A DNA stretch of 34,372 nt from Myxococcota bacterium (GCA_040902485.1 JBBDXF010000001.1:21573-55944); one strand, 5' to 3'. Shown: positions 1 to 10,096, counted from the stretch's first letter. Numbers and translations are program-made. Notes: generated by a model not told the origin, from the sequence alone.

Positions 1-175
1 GGCGCGCGCGGATGTCGTCGCGCGTGAGATCAGGGAAGTCCGCGAGGATCTGATCCTCGCTCATGCCGCCCGCGAGGTACTCGAGAACGTCGTACACAGT
101 GATGCGCGTGCCCTTGATGCACGGCTTACCGCCACGAACCGCGGGATCGATGGTGATTCGGTCCTGCCACCGCAT
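1..175 (-). CDS. DUF433 family protein (putative antitoxin), 3' end runs off the window
   Basis: Hand translation of the minus strand from ATG at 175: MRWQDRITIDPAVRGGKPCIKGTRITVYDVLEYLAGGMSEDQILADFPDLTRDDIRA. This has the DUF433 pattern (GGKPCIKGTRI...V...L..G.S...I..DFP.L...DI). Not in the ORF track because it is truncated. Confidence 0.92.
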   Translation of the reverse strand, partial: MRWQDRITIDPAVRGGKPCIKGTRITVYDVLEYLAGGMSEDQILADFPDLTRDDIRAR

Positions 176-201
176 TAGGGTCAGTCTACGGCTCGCCGTG
201 A

Positions 202-847
<646 letters not shown>

Positions 848-867
848 CGCCTGCTGTACACTGGCCG

Positions 868-3204
868 GTGATGAGCGGTTCCGGCGCCGACGCGCGCACC
901 ACCACCCACAGCTCCCACTGGGGCGCGTTCCGCGTGCGCGCGCGCGACGGCGAGGTCGAGGCGGTCGAGCCGCTGCACGACCCGGATCCGTCGCCGCTCT
1001 TGCGCAATCTGCCCGGCAGCTTGCGCCACCGCGCGCGCATCGACCGGCCGGTGGCGCGGCGCGGCTGGCTCGAGCGCGGTCCGGGGCCGTCGCGCGAGCG
1101 CGGCGCGGATTCGTTCGTCGAGCTGTCGTGGGACGAGGCGCTCGATCGCGCCGCCGCCGAGCTCGAGCGCGTGCGCGGCGCGCACGGCAACGCGGCGATC
1201 TACGGCGGATCGTACGGCTGGGCGAGCGCGGGCATCTTCCACAACAGCCAGAACCAGCTGCACCGGTTCCTCAACCTGATCGGCGGCTTCACCTCGCACC
1301 GCAACAGCTACAGCATCGGCGCGTCGCTGGTGCTGCTGCCGCACCTGCTCGGCAGCTCGGCGGCGGTGTTCCGCCGGGCGACGCCGTGGACCGTGATCGC
1401 GAAGCACACGGAGCTGCTCGTCGCGTTCGGCGGGCTGCCGCTCAAGAACACGTTCGTCGCGCCGGGCGGCATGGCGCACCACGGCATCCGGCACCACCTG
1501 GAAGCGGCGCAGCGGCGCGGCATGCGCATCGCGCACTTCTCGCCGCTGCGCGACGACGTGCTGCCGGAAGCGCAGGCGCGCTGGTACCCGGTGACACCGC
1601 TCGGTGACGTCGCCGCGATGCTCGGGCTCGCGCACGTGTTGGTCAGCGAGGGCCTGCACGACGCGGAGTTCCTGGAGCGCTGCTGCTCCGGCTCGAAGCG
1701 ATTCATCGGCTACGTGGCCGGCGAAGCCGACGGCGTTGCCAAGACGCCGGAGTGGGCCGAGCAACGCTCCGGCATCGCCGCGCACGAGCTGCGCGCGCTG
1801 GCGCGCGAGATGGCCGCCAAGCGCACGCTCGTCACGGTGTCTTACTCGCTGCAGCGCGCGCAGCACGGCGAGCAGCCGATCTGGGCCGCGCTCTCGCTCG
1901 CGGCGCTGGTCGGGCAGATCGGTCTGCCCGGCGGAGGCTTCGGCCACGGTTACGGCTCGATGGGGGATCTGGGCAGCCCGTTCGCGAACCTGCGCCTGCC
2001 GATGCTCGCCGAGGGGCTGAACCCGGTGCGCGACTTCATTCCGGTCGCGCGCATCGCGGACCTGCTGCTCCGGCCCGGCGAGACCTTCGAGTACAACGGC
2101 GCGACGCTCACCTACCCGGACATCCGGCTCGTCTACTGGGCGGGCGGGAATCCGTTCCACCACCACCAGGATCTGAACCGGCTGCGCTCGGCGCTCGCGC
2201 GGCCCGACACGGTGATCGTGCACGAGCCGTACTGGACGCCGATGGCGCGGCACGCGGATCTCGTGTTCCCGGCCACGACATCGCTCGAGCGCAACGACAT
2301 CGGCTCCGGCCGCGCCGACGCCCGCGTGGTCGCCATGCAGGCGGCGTGCGCGCCGGTGGGCGGCGCGCGCGACGACCACGCGATCTTCGCCGCGCTCGCC
2401 GAGCGCTTCGGCGTGCGCGAGGACTTCACCGAGGGCCGCGACGAGCGCGCCTGGCTCGAGCACCTGTACGAGCGCGTCCGCGCGGCGTTCCAAGAGGCGG
2501 GCATCGCGACGCCGGACTTCGCGGAGTTCTGGGCGTGCGGCTCGCTCGAGGTGCCGGCCTCGGAGTCCGAGCGCGTGCTCTTCGACGCCTTCCGCGCCGA
2601 TCCCGACGCCAACCCGCTGAAGACGCCGAGCGGCAAGATCGAGCTCTTCTCCGAGAAGATCGCGCGCTTCGGCTACGACGACTGCCCGGGCCACGCGGCC
2701 TGGCTCGAGTGCGACGAGTGGCTCGGCTCGCCGCGCGCGAAGCGCTTCCCGCTCGCGCTGGTCGCGAACAACCCCGCGACGCGCCTGCACGGACAGCTCG
2801 ATCTGGGCGCGTACAGCCAGGCGTCGAAGGTGCGCGGCCGCGAGCCGGTGCGCATCCACCCGCGCGACGCCGCTGCGCGCGGCATCGCCGACGGCGACGT
2901 CGTGCGGCTCTGGAACGACCGCGGCAGCTGTCTCGCCGGAGCGGTGCTCTCGACCGACGTGCGCCCCGGTGTGGTGCAGCTCTCGACCGGCGCCTGGTTC
3001 GACCCGCACGACGCCGAGGCCGAGATCGCGCTGTGCGTGCACGGCAACCCGAACCTGCTCACGCGCGACGTCGGCACCTCGCGGCTCGCGCAGGGCTGCT
3101 CGGGCCAGCACGCGCTCGTCGAGCTCGAGCGCTTCGCCGGCGAGCCGCCGCCCGTGCGCGCGTTCGAGCCGCCGCGGATCGAGACCCGGAACGCCGTTCC
3201 GTAG
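868..3204 (+). CDS. bisC: Molybdopterin oxidoreductase, BisC/TorA/DorA family (biotin/methionine sulfoxide reductase-like), cytoplasmic
   Basis: SHWG start, R..RP..R.GWL, FVELSWDEA, GSYGWASAG, NSYS (Ser Mo ligand region), YWAGGNPFHHHQD, TPSGKIE, RLHGQL, GAWFDP, HGNPN.LT.D.GTS.LAQG. No twin-Arg leader and no N-terminal Fe-S Cys cluster. Start is GTG 868 or ATG 871. Confidence 0.88.
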   Translation: MMSGSGADARTTTHSSHWGAFRVRARDGEVEAVEPLHDPDPSPLLRNLPGSLRHRARIDRPVARRGWLERGPGPSRERGADSFVELSWDEALDRAAAELERVRGAHGNAAIYGGSYGWASAGIFHNSQNQLHRFLNLIGGFTSHRNSYSIGASLVLLPHLLGSSAAVFRRATPWTVIAKHTELLVAFGGLPLKNTFVAPGGMAHHGIRHHLEAAQRRGMRIAHFSPLRDDVLPEAQARWYPVTPLGDVAAMLGLAHVLVSEGLHDAEFLERCCSGSKRFIGYVAGEADGVAKTPEWAEQRSGIAAHELRALAREMAAKRTLVTVSYSLQRAQHGEQPIWAALSLAALVGQIGLPGGGFGHGYGSMGDLGSPFANLRLPMLAEGLNPVRDFIPVARIADLLLRPGETFEYNGATLTYPDIRLVYWAGGNPFHHHQDLNRLRSALARPDTVIVHEPYWTPMARHADLVFPATTSLERNDIGSGRADARVVAMQAACAPVGGARDDHAIFAALAERFGVREDFTEGRDERAWLEHLYERVRAAFQEAGIATPDFAEFWACGSLEVPASESERVLFDAFRADPDANPLKTPSGKIELFSEKIARFGYDDCPGHAAWLECDEWLGSPRAKRFPLALVANNPATRLHGQLDLGAYSQASKVRGREPVRIHPRDAAARGIADGDVVRLWNDRGSCLAGAVLSTDVRPGVVQLSTGAWFDPHDAEAEIALCVHGNPNLLTRDVGTSRLAQGCSGQHALVELERFAGEPPPVRAFEPPRIETRNAVP

Positions 3205-3224
3205 ATCCGGTAGGATCGCGGCCC

Positions 3225-4049
3225 ATGACGAACCCGACCCCGCACTACAAGAACACAACGCCCAAGGTCACCGACCGCGACGAGCTCGCGGATTTCGAGC
3301 GGCGCGACGTGACGCTGCTCGGTCTGACCAAGCGCGTGTACGTCGCGGGCACGGGGCCGGCGGTGATCGTGATGGCGGAGATGCCGGGCATCTCCGCGCA
3401 CGTCGCGCGTTTCGCGCGCATGGTCCGCGACGCGGGCTTCACGGTCTGGATGCCCGCGCTGTTCGGCACCGAGGGCGGACCGATCACGATTCCGAGCGGG
3501 CTGGCCACGATGGTGCGCGCCTGCGTCAGCCGCGAGTTCCGCGCCTTCGCCGCCAATCAGTCGAGCCCCGTCGTCGATTGGCTGCGCGCGCTGGCCGCGC
3601 ATGCGCACCCGCTCTCGGGCGGGAAGGGCGTGGGCGCGATCGGCATGTGCTTCACCGGGAATTTCGCGCTCTCGATGATGCTCGAGCCGGCGATGCTCGC
3701 GCCCGTGCTCTCGCAGCCGTCGCTGCCGATGTTCCAGGCGGGCGGCATGCACATCGCGCCCGACGAGCTCGCGGCGGTGCGGGCGCGCATGGAGCGCGAG
3801 GACCTGACCGTGCTCGCCTATCGCTTCGAGGGCGACCGCTTCTGCCGCGCCGAGCGCTTCGCCGCGTACGAAGCCGCGCTCGGCGACCGCTTCCAGGGGC
3901 GGGTGCTGCCCGACGCGAGCGCGCTGCCGGGCACGCCGATGAGCCCGCACAGCGTCGTGACACTGCACCTGATCGATCGCCAGGGCGAGCCGACGCGCGC
4001 GGCGGTCGACGAGATCCTGGGCTTCTTCGCCAAGCGCCTGCGCGACTGA
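3225..4049 (+). CDS. Dienelactone hydrolase family protein
   Basis: C-terminal part of track ORF 1752..4049 from ATG 3225. GPAVIVMAEMPG, nucleophile elbow GAIGMCFTG (GxCxG) and a C-terminal His (PHSV). Confidence 0.88.
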   Translation: MTNPTPHYKNTTPKVTDRDELADFERRDVTLLGLTKRVYVAGTGPAVIVMAEMPGISAHVARFARMVRDAGFTVWMPALFGTEGGPITIPSGLATMVRACVSREFRAFAANQSSPVVDWLRALAAHAHPLSGGKGVGAIGMCFTGNFALSMMLEPAMLAPVLSQPSLPMFQAGGMHIAPDELAAVRARMEREDLTVLAYRFEGDRFCRAERFAAYEAALGDRFQGRVLPDASALPGTPMSPHSVVTLHLIDRQGEPTRAAVDEILGFFAKRLRD

Positions 4050-4053
4050 CCCC

Positions 4054-4076
4054 GAGCGTCCCTTCTCGGGACGCTC
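4054..4076. terminator. Perfect 9-bp stem hairpin just after the hydrolase stop codon
   Basis: GAGCGTCCC-TTCTC-GGGACGCTC. No U-tract, so a terminator role is uncertain. Confidence 0.5.
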
Positions 4077-4349
4077 ACGAAGAACTCCCCGCGATCCCAC
4101 GCATCCGCGACCGGAACGTGACCTGCGGCTGCGAAGCTCGACTTCGTTGCGGTCCGAGTCGCCGTCACCGTGGTTGGACAGTCCAGCGCCAAGCGTTCGA
4201 GACGTCCCCCCGACCCCCCGACGCGCGCGTGACCGCGGGATCGGGGCCCCGCGAGCGAGCGGGGACCCCGGTCTTTCTCGTTGCGCGATCTTGGATACGA
4301 TCCCGTGCCTGGGGGCAGGTGGGGGACCGGTTTCCCCCAGAGGCGAGAT

Positions 4350-5162
4350 GTGCGCTCGAAGGCCAGGAAGAGGCGGAGGCGGCACGGAAATCGCCGCGTG
4401 TCGCGCACGCGGCACGGGAGCGGGTTGCGGCCGATCCAGCTCCTGCCGCAGATTCGTGTAGGCGCGCGCGGGTCGCGCGTGCTCGCGTTGCTGGGGCGCG
4501 CGCTCGCGGTGTTCGTCGTGAGCTCGGTCGGGGCGGTCGTGCTGCTGCGCTGGGTCGACCCGTGGACGAGCGCGTTCATGATCGAATCGCGCATCGCCGC
4601 CGCCGCACGCGGCGAGCGCGGCTACCGCACCGACTATCGCTGGGTGGACTACGAGAAGATCTCGCCGAACGTCGCGATCGCGGTCGTGGCGTCCGAGGAC
4701 CAGAAGTTCCCGCGCCACGCGGGCTTCGACCTGGACTCGATCGCCGACGCGATCGAGGCGTCCGCCGGCGGCGGGCCGATGCGCGGCGCGAGCACGATCA
4801 GCCAGCAGGTCGCCAAGAACCTGTTCCTGTGGCCGGGCCGGAGCTTCGTGCGCAAGGGCATCGAGGCCTGGTTCACCGTCCTGCTCGAGACGCTCTGGCC
4901 CAAGCGCCGCATCCTCGAGGTGTACCTGAACGTGGCCGAGTTCGGCCCCGGAGGGTGCGGCGGGGGCGCGGCGAGCGCGCGCTACTTCGGCACCTCGCCC
5001 GCGCGCGTCGGCGGCGACGAAGCCGCGCGGCTCGCCGCGGTCCTGCCCGCGCCGCGCAACCTGCACGCGGACCGCCCGTCGGCCTACGTGCGCTCGCGCA
5101 GCGCGCGCATCGCGCAGGAGATGGCCCGGCTCGGCGGGCCGGGCTATCTACGGTCGATGTGA
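4350..5162 (+). CDS. mtgA: Monofunctional biosynthetic peptidoglycan transglycosylase
   Basis: GT51 motifs EDQKF..H.GFD, RGASTISQQVAKNLFLW, RKGIE, KRRILEVYLNVAEFG, LAAVLP.P, plus an N-terminal TM segment. Start uncertain (GTG 4350 preceded by GAGG). Confidence 0.93.
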   Translation: MRSKARKRRRRHGNRRVSRTRHGSGLRPIQLLPQIRVGARGSRVLALLGRALAVFVVSSVGAVVLLRWVDPWTSAFMIESRIAAAARGERGYRTDYRWVDYEKISPNVAIAVVASEDQKFPRHAGFDLDSIADAIEASAGGGPMRGASTISQQVAKNLFLWPGRSFVRKGIEAWFTVLLETLWPKRRILEVYLNVAEFGPGGCGGGAASARYFGTSPARVGGDEAARLAAVLPAPRNLHADRPSAYVRSRSARIAQEMARLGGPGYLRSM

Positions 5163-5275
5163 GCGGCGCCGTCTACACGCGCGAGCTTCGGGGCGGCGCC
5201 GCGCTGGTCGGCGGGTGCAGCCTTGTGCTGTTCCTGATCCTGCGCCTCTTGCCGATCCGCGCTCGTGTAGACTGA
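5159..5275 (+). CDS. Possible 38-aa hydrophobic small protein
   Basis: GTG overlaps the mtgA stop (GTGA). MSGAVYTRELRGGAALVGGCSLVLFLILRLLPIRARVD has one TM-like stretch and fills the gap to the next gene. Confidence 0.3.
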   Translation: MSGAVYTRELRGGAALVGGCSLVLFLILRLLPIRARVD

Positions 5276-5280
5276 GGTCC

Positions 5281-6459
5281 ATGGACTTCACCTTCAGCGA
5301 ATCCGAGGAAGCGTATCGGGGCAAGGCGCGCGCCTGGATCGAGGCGCACGTGCCACAGTGGTGGAAGGAAGCGGACTCGCACGAGTTCGGCGACGAGGAC
5401 GCGATGTTCGACGGCATCCGCCGCTGGCATCAAGAGCTCTACGACGCCGGCTACGTGGGCGTGACCTGGCCGGTCGAGTACGGCGGACAGGGGCGCGGCC
5501 ACGTCGAGAACGCGCTCTTGCAGGAAGAGCTCGTGCTGCAGGGCGCGCCGCCGGCGACGAATGGCCTGGGCATCGGGCTGTGCGGTCCGGCGATCGTGCA
5601 TCACGGCAGCGAAGCGCAGAAGCAGCGCTTCCTGCGCCCGATGCTGCGCGCCGAGGAGATGTGGTGTCAGGGCTACTCGGAGCCGGGCGCGGGCTCGGAC
5701 CTGGCGAACCTGCGCACCACCGCGGAGCTGCGCGGCGACCGCTACCTGGTGAACGGCCAGAAGATCTGGACCTCGATGGCGCACCGCGCGGACTGGATCT
5801 TCTGTCTGGTGCGCACCGACCCGAAGGCCGACAAGCACGAGGGCATCGGGTTCCTCTTGATCGACATGAAGACGCCCGGCATCGAGGTCGCGCCGCTGGT
5901 GCAGATGACCGGCGGGCGCGGCTTCTCGCAGTGCTTCTTCAAGGACGTCCTCGTGCCGGCCGCGAACCTGATCGGCGCGCCCACGCAGGGCTGGCAGATC
6001 GCCAACACCGTACTGGGTTACGAGCGCGGCGCGTCGACGCTCTCGCGCTACGCGGGCTACCGGCACGAGTTCGAGCAGCTGGTCGCCGACGCGCGCCGCA
6101 CCCGGAAGGCGAGCGAGAGCGTGTACCGGCAGCGCATCGCGCAGGCCGCGATCGAGCTCGAGGTGCTGCGGCTGAACTCGCTGCGCTCGCTGACCGCGCT
6201 CGCGCAGGGCGTGAAGCCGGGCCCGGAGTCGAGCCTGCAGAAGCTCTACTACTCGGAGATGGGCCACCGGCTGGCGAAGCTCGGCACCGACCTCGAGGGC
6301 GCGTTCGGCCAGCTGGCGCGCAAGACGCACCGCGCGCCCGAGGGCGGGCGCTGGGGCCAGCGCCTGCTGCAGAGCCGCGGACCGATGATCTTCGCGGGCA
6401 CCAGCGAGATCCAGCGCAACATCATCTCCGAGCGCGTGCTCGGCCTGCCGCGGCGCTAG
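5281..6459 (+). CDS. Acyl-CoA dehydrogenase family protein
   Basis: MDFTFS start, WPVEYGG.G, WCQGYSEPGAGSDLA, NGQKIWTS, GYERG, AGTSEIQRNII.ERVLGLPR. Confidence 0.95.
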   Translation: MDFTFSESEEAYRGKARAWIEAHVPQWWKEADSHEFGDEDAMFDGIRRWHQELYDAGYVGVTWPVEYGGQGRGHVENALLQEELVLQGAPPATNGLGIGLCGPAIVHHGSEAQKQRFLRPMLRAEEMWCQGYSEPGAGSDLANLRTTAELRGDRYLVNGQKIWTSMAHRADWIFCLVRTDPKADKHEGIGFLLIDMKTPGIEVAPLVQMTGGRGFSQCFFKDVLVPAANLIGAPTQGWQIANTVLGYERGASTLSRYAGYRHEFEQLVADARRTRKASESVYRQRIAQAAIELEVLRLNSLRSLTALAQGVKPGPESSLQKLYYSEMGHRLAKLGTDLEGAFGQLARKTHRAPEGGRWGQRLLQSRGPMIFAGTSEIQRNIISERVLGLPRR

Positions 6460-6476
6460 CGGGGCGCGAGCGCGCG

Positions 6477-7562
6477 ATGCCCACCGCCTGGGAGCGGGAC
6501 CTGGTCTCGGCGCGCGCGAACCTGTCGCGCTGGCTGCGCGGCAAGCTGCCGAACGCGACCGGCGTGGAGATCTCGCAGCTCAGCGCGCCGCAGTCCTCGG
6601 GCTTCTCGAACGAGACGCTGCTCTTCGAGCTCTCGTACAGCGAGGCCGGTCGACACCGGAAGGTGTCGCTGGTCGTGCGCATCCAGCCCACCGGCTTCGC
6701 GGTCTTTCCCGAGTACGACATGAAGCTCCAGTACGACTGCATGCGGCTGCTCGAGCCCACGGGCGTGCCGGTGCCGCGCATGTACTGGCTCGAGACGGAG
6801 GACACGAGCGTGGTGGGCGCTCCGTTCTACGTGATGGGACGGATCGAGGGGCGCGTGCCCTCGGACCGGCCGCCGTATCCCGCGGACGGCTGGGTGAAGG
6901 AGCTCGCGCCCACCGACCAGGCGCGCGTCTGGTGGGGCGGGATCGAGTCGATGGCCAAGATCCACACGCTGGACTGGCGCGCGCTCGGCTTCGGCTTCGT
7001 CGACAAACCCGAGCTCGGCCGCACCGGGCTCGAGCAGCAGCTCGCCTTCTACGAGCGCTACCTGCGCTGGGCCGCGCGCGGCAAGCCGCAGCCGACGGTC
7101 GAGGCGGCGTGGGAGTGGCTGAACGAGCACAAGCCCGTCGACGAGCCCGACTGCCTGGTGTGGGGCGACGCGCGCATCGGCAACATCATCTTCGCGCCCG
7201 ACGGCACCGAGCCCGTCGCCGTGCTCGACTGGGAGATGGTCACGCACGGAAACGGCGAGCAGGACCTGGCCTGGGCGATCTTCCTCGACCGTCACCACAC
7301 CGAGGGCATCGGCGTGCCGAAGCTGCCGGGCTTTCCGAGCTACGTCGACACGATCGCGCGCTACGAGGAGCTCACCGGCCGGCCGGTGCGCTGGCAGAAG
7401 TTCTACACGGTGTTCGCCGGCTTCCGCTTCGCCGTCATCATGTGCCGGATCGCGCAGCAGATGGTGCATTACGGGGTGATGCCGGCCGACTCGACGTTCG
7501 AGACCAACAACACGGTGACGCAGATGCTCGCGAAGGAGCTCGGTCTCCCCGCGCCGGAGTGA
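6477..7562 (+). CDS. APH-like phosphotransferase family protein (Rv3168-like)
   Basis: ATG 6477. SSGFSNET, VFPEYD, VPVP, PFYVM..IEG, LVWGDARIGNIIF, AVLDWEM...G...DLAW. Confidence 0.92.
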   Translation: MPTAWERDLVSARANLSRWLRGKLPNATGVEISQLSAPQSSGFSNETLLFELSYSEAGRHRKVSLVVRIQPTGFAVFPEYDMKLQYDCMRLLEPTGVPVPRMYWLETEDTSVVGAPFYVMGRIEGRVPSDRPPYPADGWVKELAPTDQARVWWGGIESMAKIHTLDWRALGFGFVDKPELGRTGLEQQLAFYERYLRWAARGKPQPTVEAAWEWLNEHKPVDEPDCLVWGDARIGNIIFAPDGTEPVAVLDWEMVTHGNGEQDLAWAIFLDRHHTEGIGVPKLPGFPSYVDTIARYEELTGRPVRWQKFYTVFAGFRFAVIMCRIAQQMVHYGVMPADSTFETNNTVTQMLAKELGLPAPE

Positions 7563-7567
7563 CTCCC

Positions 7568-8218
7568 ATGGCCCACACACACCGACACTTCGTTCCCGCC
7601 GCAGGCGCCGACTGGCTGCTGCCGTTCTACGACCCGCTGACGCGCCTGCTCGGAACCGGCGCCGCGCTCGCGCGCCTGGTCGAGCAGGCGGAGCTGGCGC
7701 CGGGGCAGCGCGTGCTCGATCTGGGCTGCGGGACGGGCGCGGGCACGCTCAAAGCCAAGCGCGCGCAGGCGGGCATCGAGATCGTCGGCGTGGATCCCGA
7801 TCCGAAGGCGCTGGCGCGCGCAAAGCGGAAGGCCGAGCGCGCAGGTCTTTCGATCGAGTTCCAGGAGGGATTCGGCGACGCGTTGCCCTGCGCGGACGCG
7901 CGCTTCGACCGGGTGCTCTCGTCGTTCATGTTCCACCACCTCGAAAGCGAGCAGAAGCCCGCCGTGCTGCGCGAGCTGCTGCGCGTGCTGCGGCCGGGCG
8001 GGCGGCTGCACCTGGTCGACTTCGGCGGCGCGGGTCACGGGCTCGGCGCGTTCCTCGCGCGGCTCGTGCACCGCGAGGAGAGCCTGCGCGCGAACACCGA
8101 GGACGGTCTCACCGCGCTGATGCGGGAGGCCGGCTTCGGCGCGGCCGAACAGGTCGAGCAGCGCAACTCGCTGCTCGGCGGCCTGGTCTACTACCGCGCG
8201 CAGCGGCCCGCTGCCTGA
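7568..8218 (+). CDS. Class I SAM-dependent methyltransferase (UbiE-like)
   Basis: ATG 7568. RVLDLGCGTG, GVDPD, FDRVLSSFMFHHL, RVLRPGG. Confidence 0.92.
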   Translation: MAHTHRHFVPAAGADWLLPFYDPLTRLLGTGAALARLVEQAELAPGQRVLDLGCGTGAGTLKAKRAQAGIEIVGVDPDPKALARAKRKAERAGLSIEFQEGFGDALPCADARFDRVLSSFMFHHLESEQKPAVLRELLRVLRPGGRLHLVDFGGAGHGLGAFLARLVHREESLRANTEDGLTALMREAGFGAAEQVEQRNSLLGGLVYYRAQRPAA

Positions 8219-8249
8219 GCCGTGCCGCAGCGCGGCTATACTCGCGCGC

Positions 8250-10022
8250 ATGCGAAAACTCGTCTGCGTGCTCGGGATCGTGAGCTTCCTGGTCGCGTGC
8301 GGGCGCAAGCCGGTCGAGCCGCCGCCGCCGAGCGCCGACGCGGAGTCGGTGCGCGCGCTGAACACCGGCCTGGTGGTCGGCTTCGTCGGGCCCTACGAGA
8401 GTCACGTGTGGCTCGGCCTGCCGTTCGCGAAGCCGCCGACGGGCGAGCTGCGCTGGACCGCGCCGCGACCGCCGGAACCGTGGACGGGCACGCGCGAGGC
8501 GCTCGCCTACAGCCCACCGTGCCCGCAGTTCGCGAGTCAGATCGGCGGCGTCCCGGGCGAGCCCGGCAGCGTCGTCGGCAACGAGGACTGCCTGTACCTG
8601 AACGTGTTCGCGCCACGCCTCGCGGCTGCGGACGTGCCGAAGCCGGGCGCGCTGCTGCCCGTGATGTTCTGGATCCACGGCGGCGGGAACTCGATCGGCC
8701 AGGCCGGCTTCTACGACGGCGGCAAGCTCGCCGCGAGCGAGAACGTGGTGGTGGTGACGACGAACTATCGGCTCGGCCCGCTCGGCTGGTTCTACAACCC
8801 GGCCGTGTCCGGCGCCGATGCGACGCCGCTCGATCGCTCCGGGAACTACGGCACGCTCGACCTGGTGCGCGCGCTGGCCTGGGTGCGCGAGAACGCCGAA
8901 GCGTTCGGCGGCGACCCCGAGCGCGTCACGATCTTCGGCGAGTCGGCCGGCGGCACGAACGTGGTGTCGCTCCTGGTCTCACCGCTCGCGAAGGGGCTGT
9001 TCCACCGCGCCATCGTGCAGAGCGGCGGCGTCTCGGACACGACCGTCGCCGAGGCGCGGGCGGGAAACCCGAGCGACGGACCCAACGGCAGCACGGGCTC
9101 CGACGCGATCGTCGCAACGCTCGGCGACGCGCCGCGCTCGCGCAGCGCCGAGGAGATCCTGCGCGCGTATCCCGGTGAGCCGTTCCTCGGCATGCTCAGC
9201 ATTCCGACCGTGATCCGCGACGGTGTCGTCGTGCCCGAGTCCGACATGCGCGAGGCGTTCGCGCGCGGCGCCTACAACCAGGTGCCGATCGTGCTCGGCT
9301 CGAACCGCGACGAGACCAAGCTCTTCAGCTTCGGCGATCCGACGCTCGTGCGGCGCTGGTTCGGGATCTTCCCGATGCTGCGCGTGCCCGAAGAGCGCTA
9401 CCAGCTGATCGCCGAGTACGGCTCGAAGGCGTGGAAGGCGGGCGGCGTCGATTCACTGGCGACGGTCCTGCGCGCGGTGCAGGGCCCGAGCGTGTACGCC
9501 TACCGCTTCGACTGGGACGAGGAGCCGACGCTCTTGTTCGCCGACTACGGCGTACTGCTCGGCGCGGCGCACGGCTTCGAGATCCCGTTCGTGTTCGGCC
9601 ACTGGAAGCTCGGCGGCGCGGGCGATCGGCTTTTCGACGCGAGCAACGCCGCGGGGCGCGAGGCGCTCTCGGCGCAGATGCGCTCCTACTGGGCGCAGCT
9701 CGCCTACAGCGGCGATCCCGGCCGCGGCCGCAAGTCGGATCTGCCGCCCTGGACGGCGTGGGACGACAGCACGCCCGCGAGCCTGAAGTACATCGTGTTC
9801 GACACCGAGGCGGACGCGGGCGTGCGCATGTCCTGGGAGACCTACACCAGGGAGCGTATCCTGGCCGAGCTGCGCGAGGACCCGCGCCTGCCGACCTGGC
9901 GCGACAAGTGCGGGGAGCTCGCCGGGCTCGCGACCTTCTCCGGCTACATCACGCCCGCGGACTACGCGGCCGAGTCGGGCTGCGCGGACCACGCGCTGGC
10001 CGCCTGGCCGTGGCCGGACTGA
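8250..10022 (+). CDS. Type B carboxylesterase, predicted lipoprotein
   Basis: Lipobox LVA-C after a hydrophobic leader. GLPFAKPP.GELRW..P, EDCLYLNV, WIHGGG, NYRLG, FGGDP.RVTIFGESAGG (catalytic Ser), GSNRDE (Glu), GAAHGFEI (His). Confidence 0.95.
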   Translation: MRKLVCVLGIVSFLVACGRKPVEPPPPSADAESVRALNTGLVVGFVGPYESHVWLGLPFAKPPTGELRWTAPRPPEPWTGTREALAYSPPCPQFASQIGGVPGEPGSVVGNEDCLYLNVFAPRLAAADVPKPGALLPVMFWIHGGGNSIGQAGFYDGGKLAASENVVVVTTNYRLGPLGWFYNPAVSGADATPLDRSGNYGTLDLVRALAWVRENAEAFGGDPERVTIFGESAGGTNVVSLLVSPLAKGLFHRAIVQSGGVSDTTVAEARAGNPSDGPNGSTGSDAIVATLGDAPRSRSAEEILRAYPGEPFLGMLSIPTVIRDGVVVPESDMREAFARGAYNQVPIVLGSNRDETKLFSFGDPTLVRRWFGIFPMLRVPEERYQLIAEYGSKAWKAGGVDSLATVLRAVQGPSVYAYRFDWDEEPTLLFADYGVLLGAAHGFEIPFVFGHWKLGGAGDRLFDASNAAGREALSAQMRSYWAQLAYSGDPGRGRKSDLPPWTAWDDSTPASLKYIVFDTEADAGVRMSWETYTRERILAELREDPRLPTWRDKCGELAGLATFSGYITPADYAAESGCADHALAAWPWPD

Positions 10023-10066
10023 GAGGACAAGTGCTCGATTCGGCTCGACTTTTCGCTCGATCGCGA

Positions 10067-10096
10067 GGTCCGGAAACGGTTCGGATGCGGTAAGGA
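10067..10096 (+). promoter_or_regulatory. Three direct repeats GGTNNGGA at 11-bp pitch, candidate wHTH activator site
   Basis: GGTCCGGA 10067, GGTTCGGA 10078, GGTAAGGA 10089. A -10-like TAGGGT lies at 10116-10121, SD AAGGAG at 10145-10150 and the mddA ATG at 10158. Confidence 0.6.

Noticed and set aside
4080..4280. 6S RNA, SRP RNA, tRNA or known riboswitch
   Set aside because: No diagnostic conserved motif was recognisable by eye, so it is kept only as an unassigned structured region.
6477..7562. Aminoglycoside resistance kinase
   Set aside because: APH fold only. The motifs and the neighbouring acyl-CoA dehydrogenase point to a metabolic kinase.
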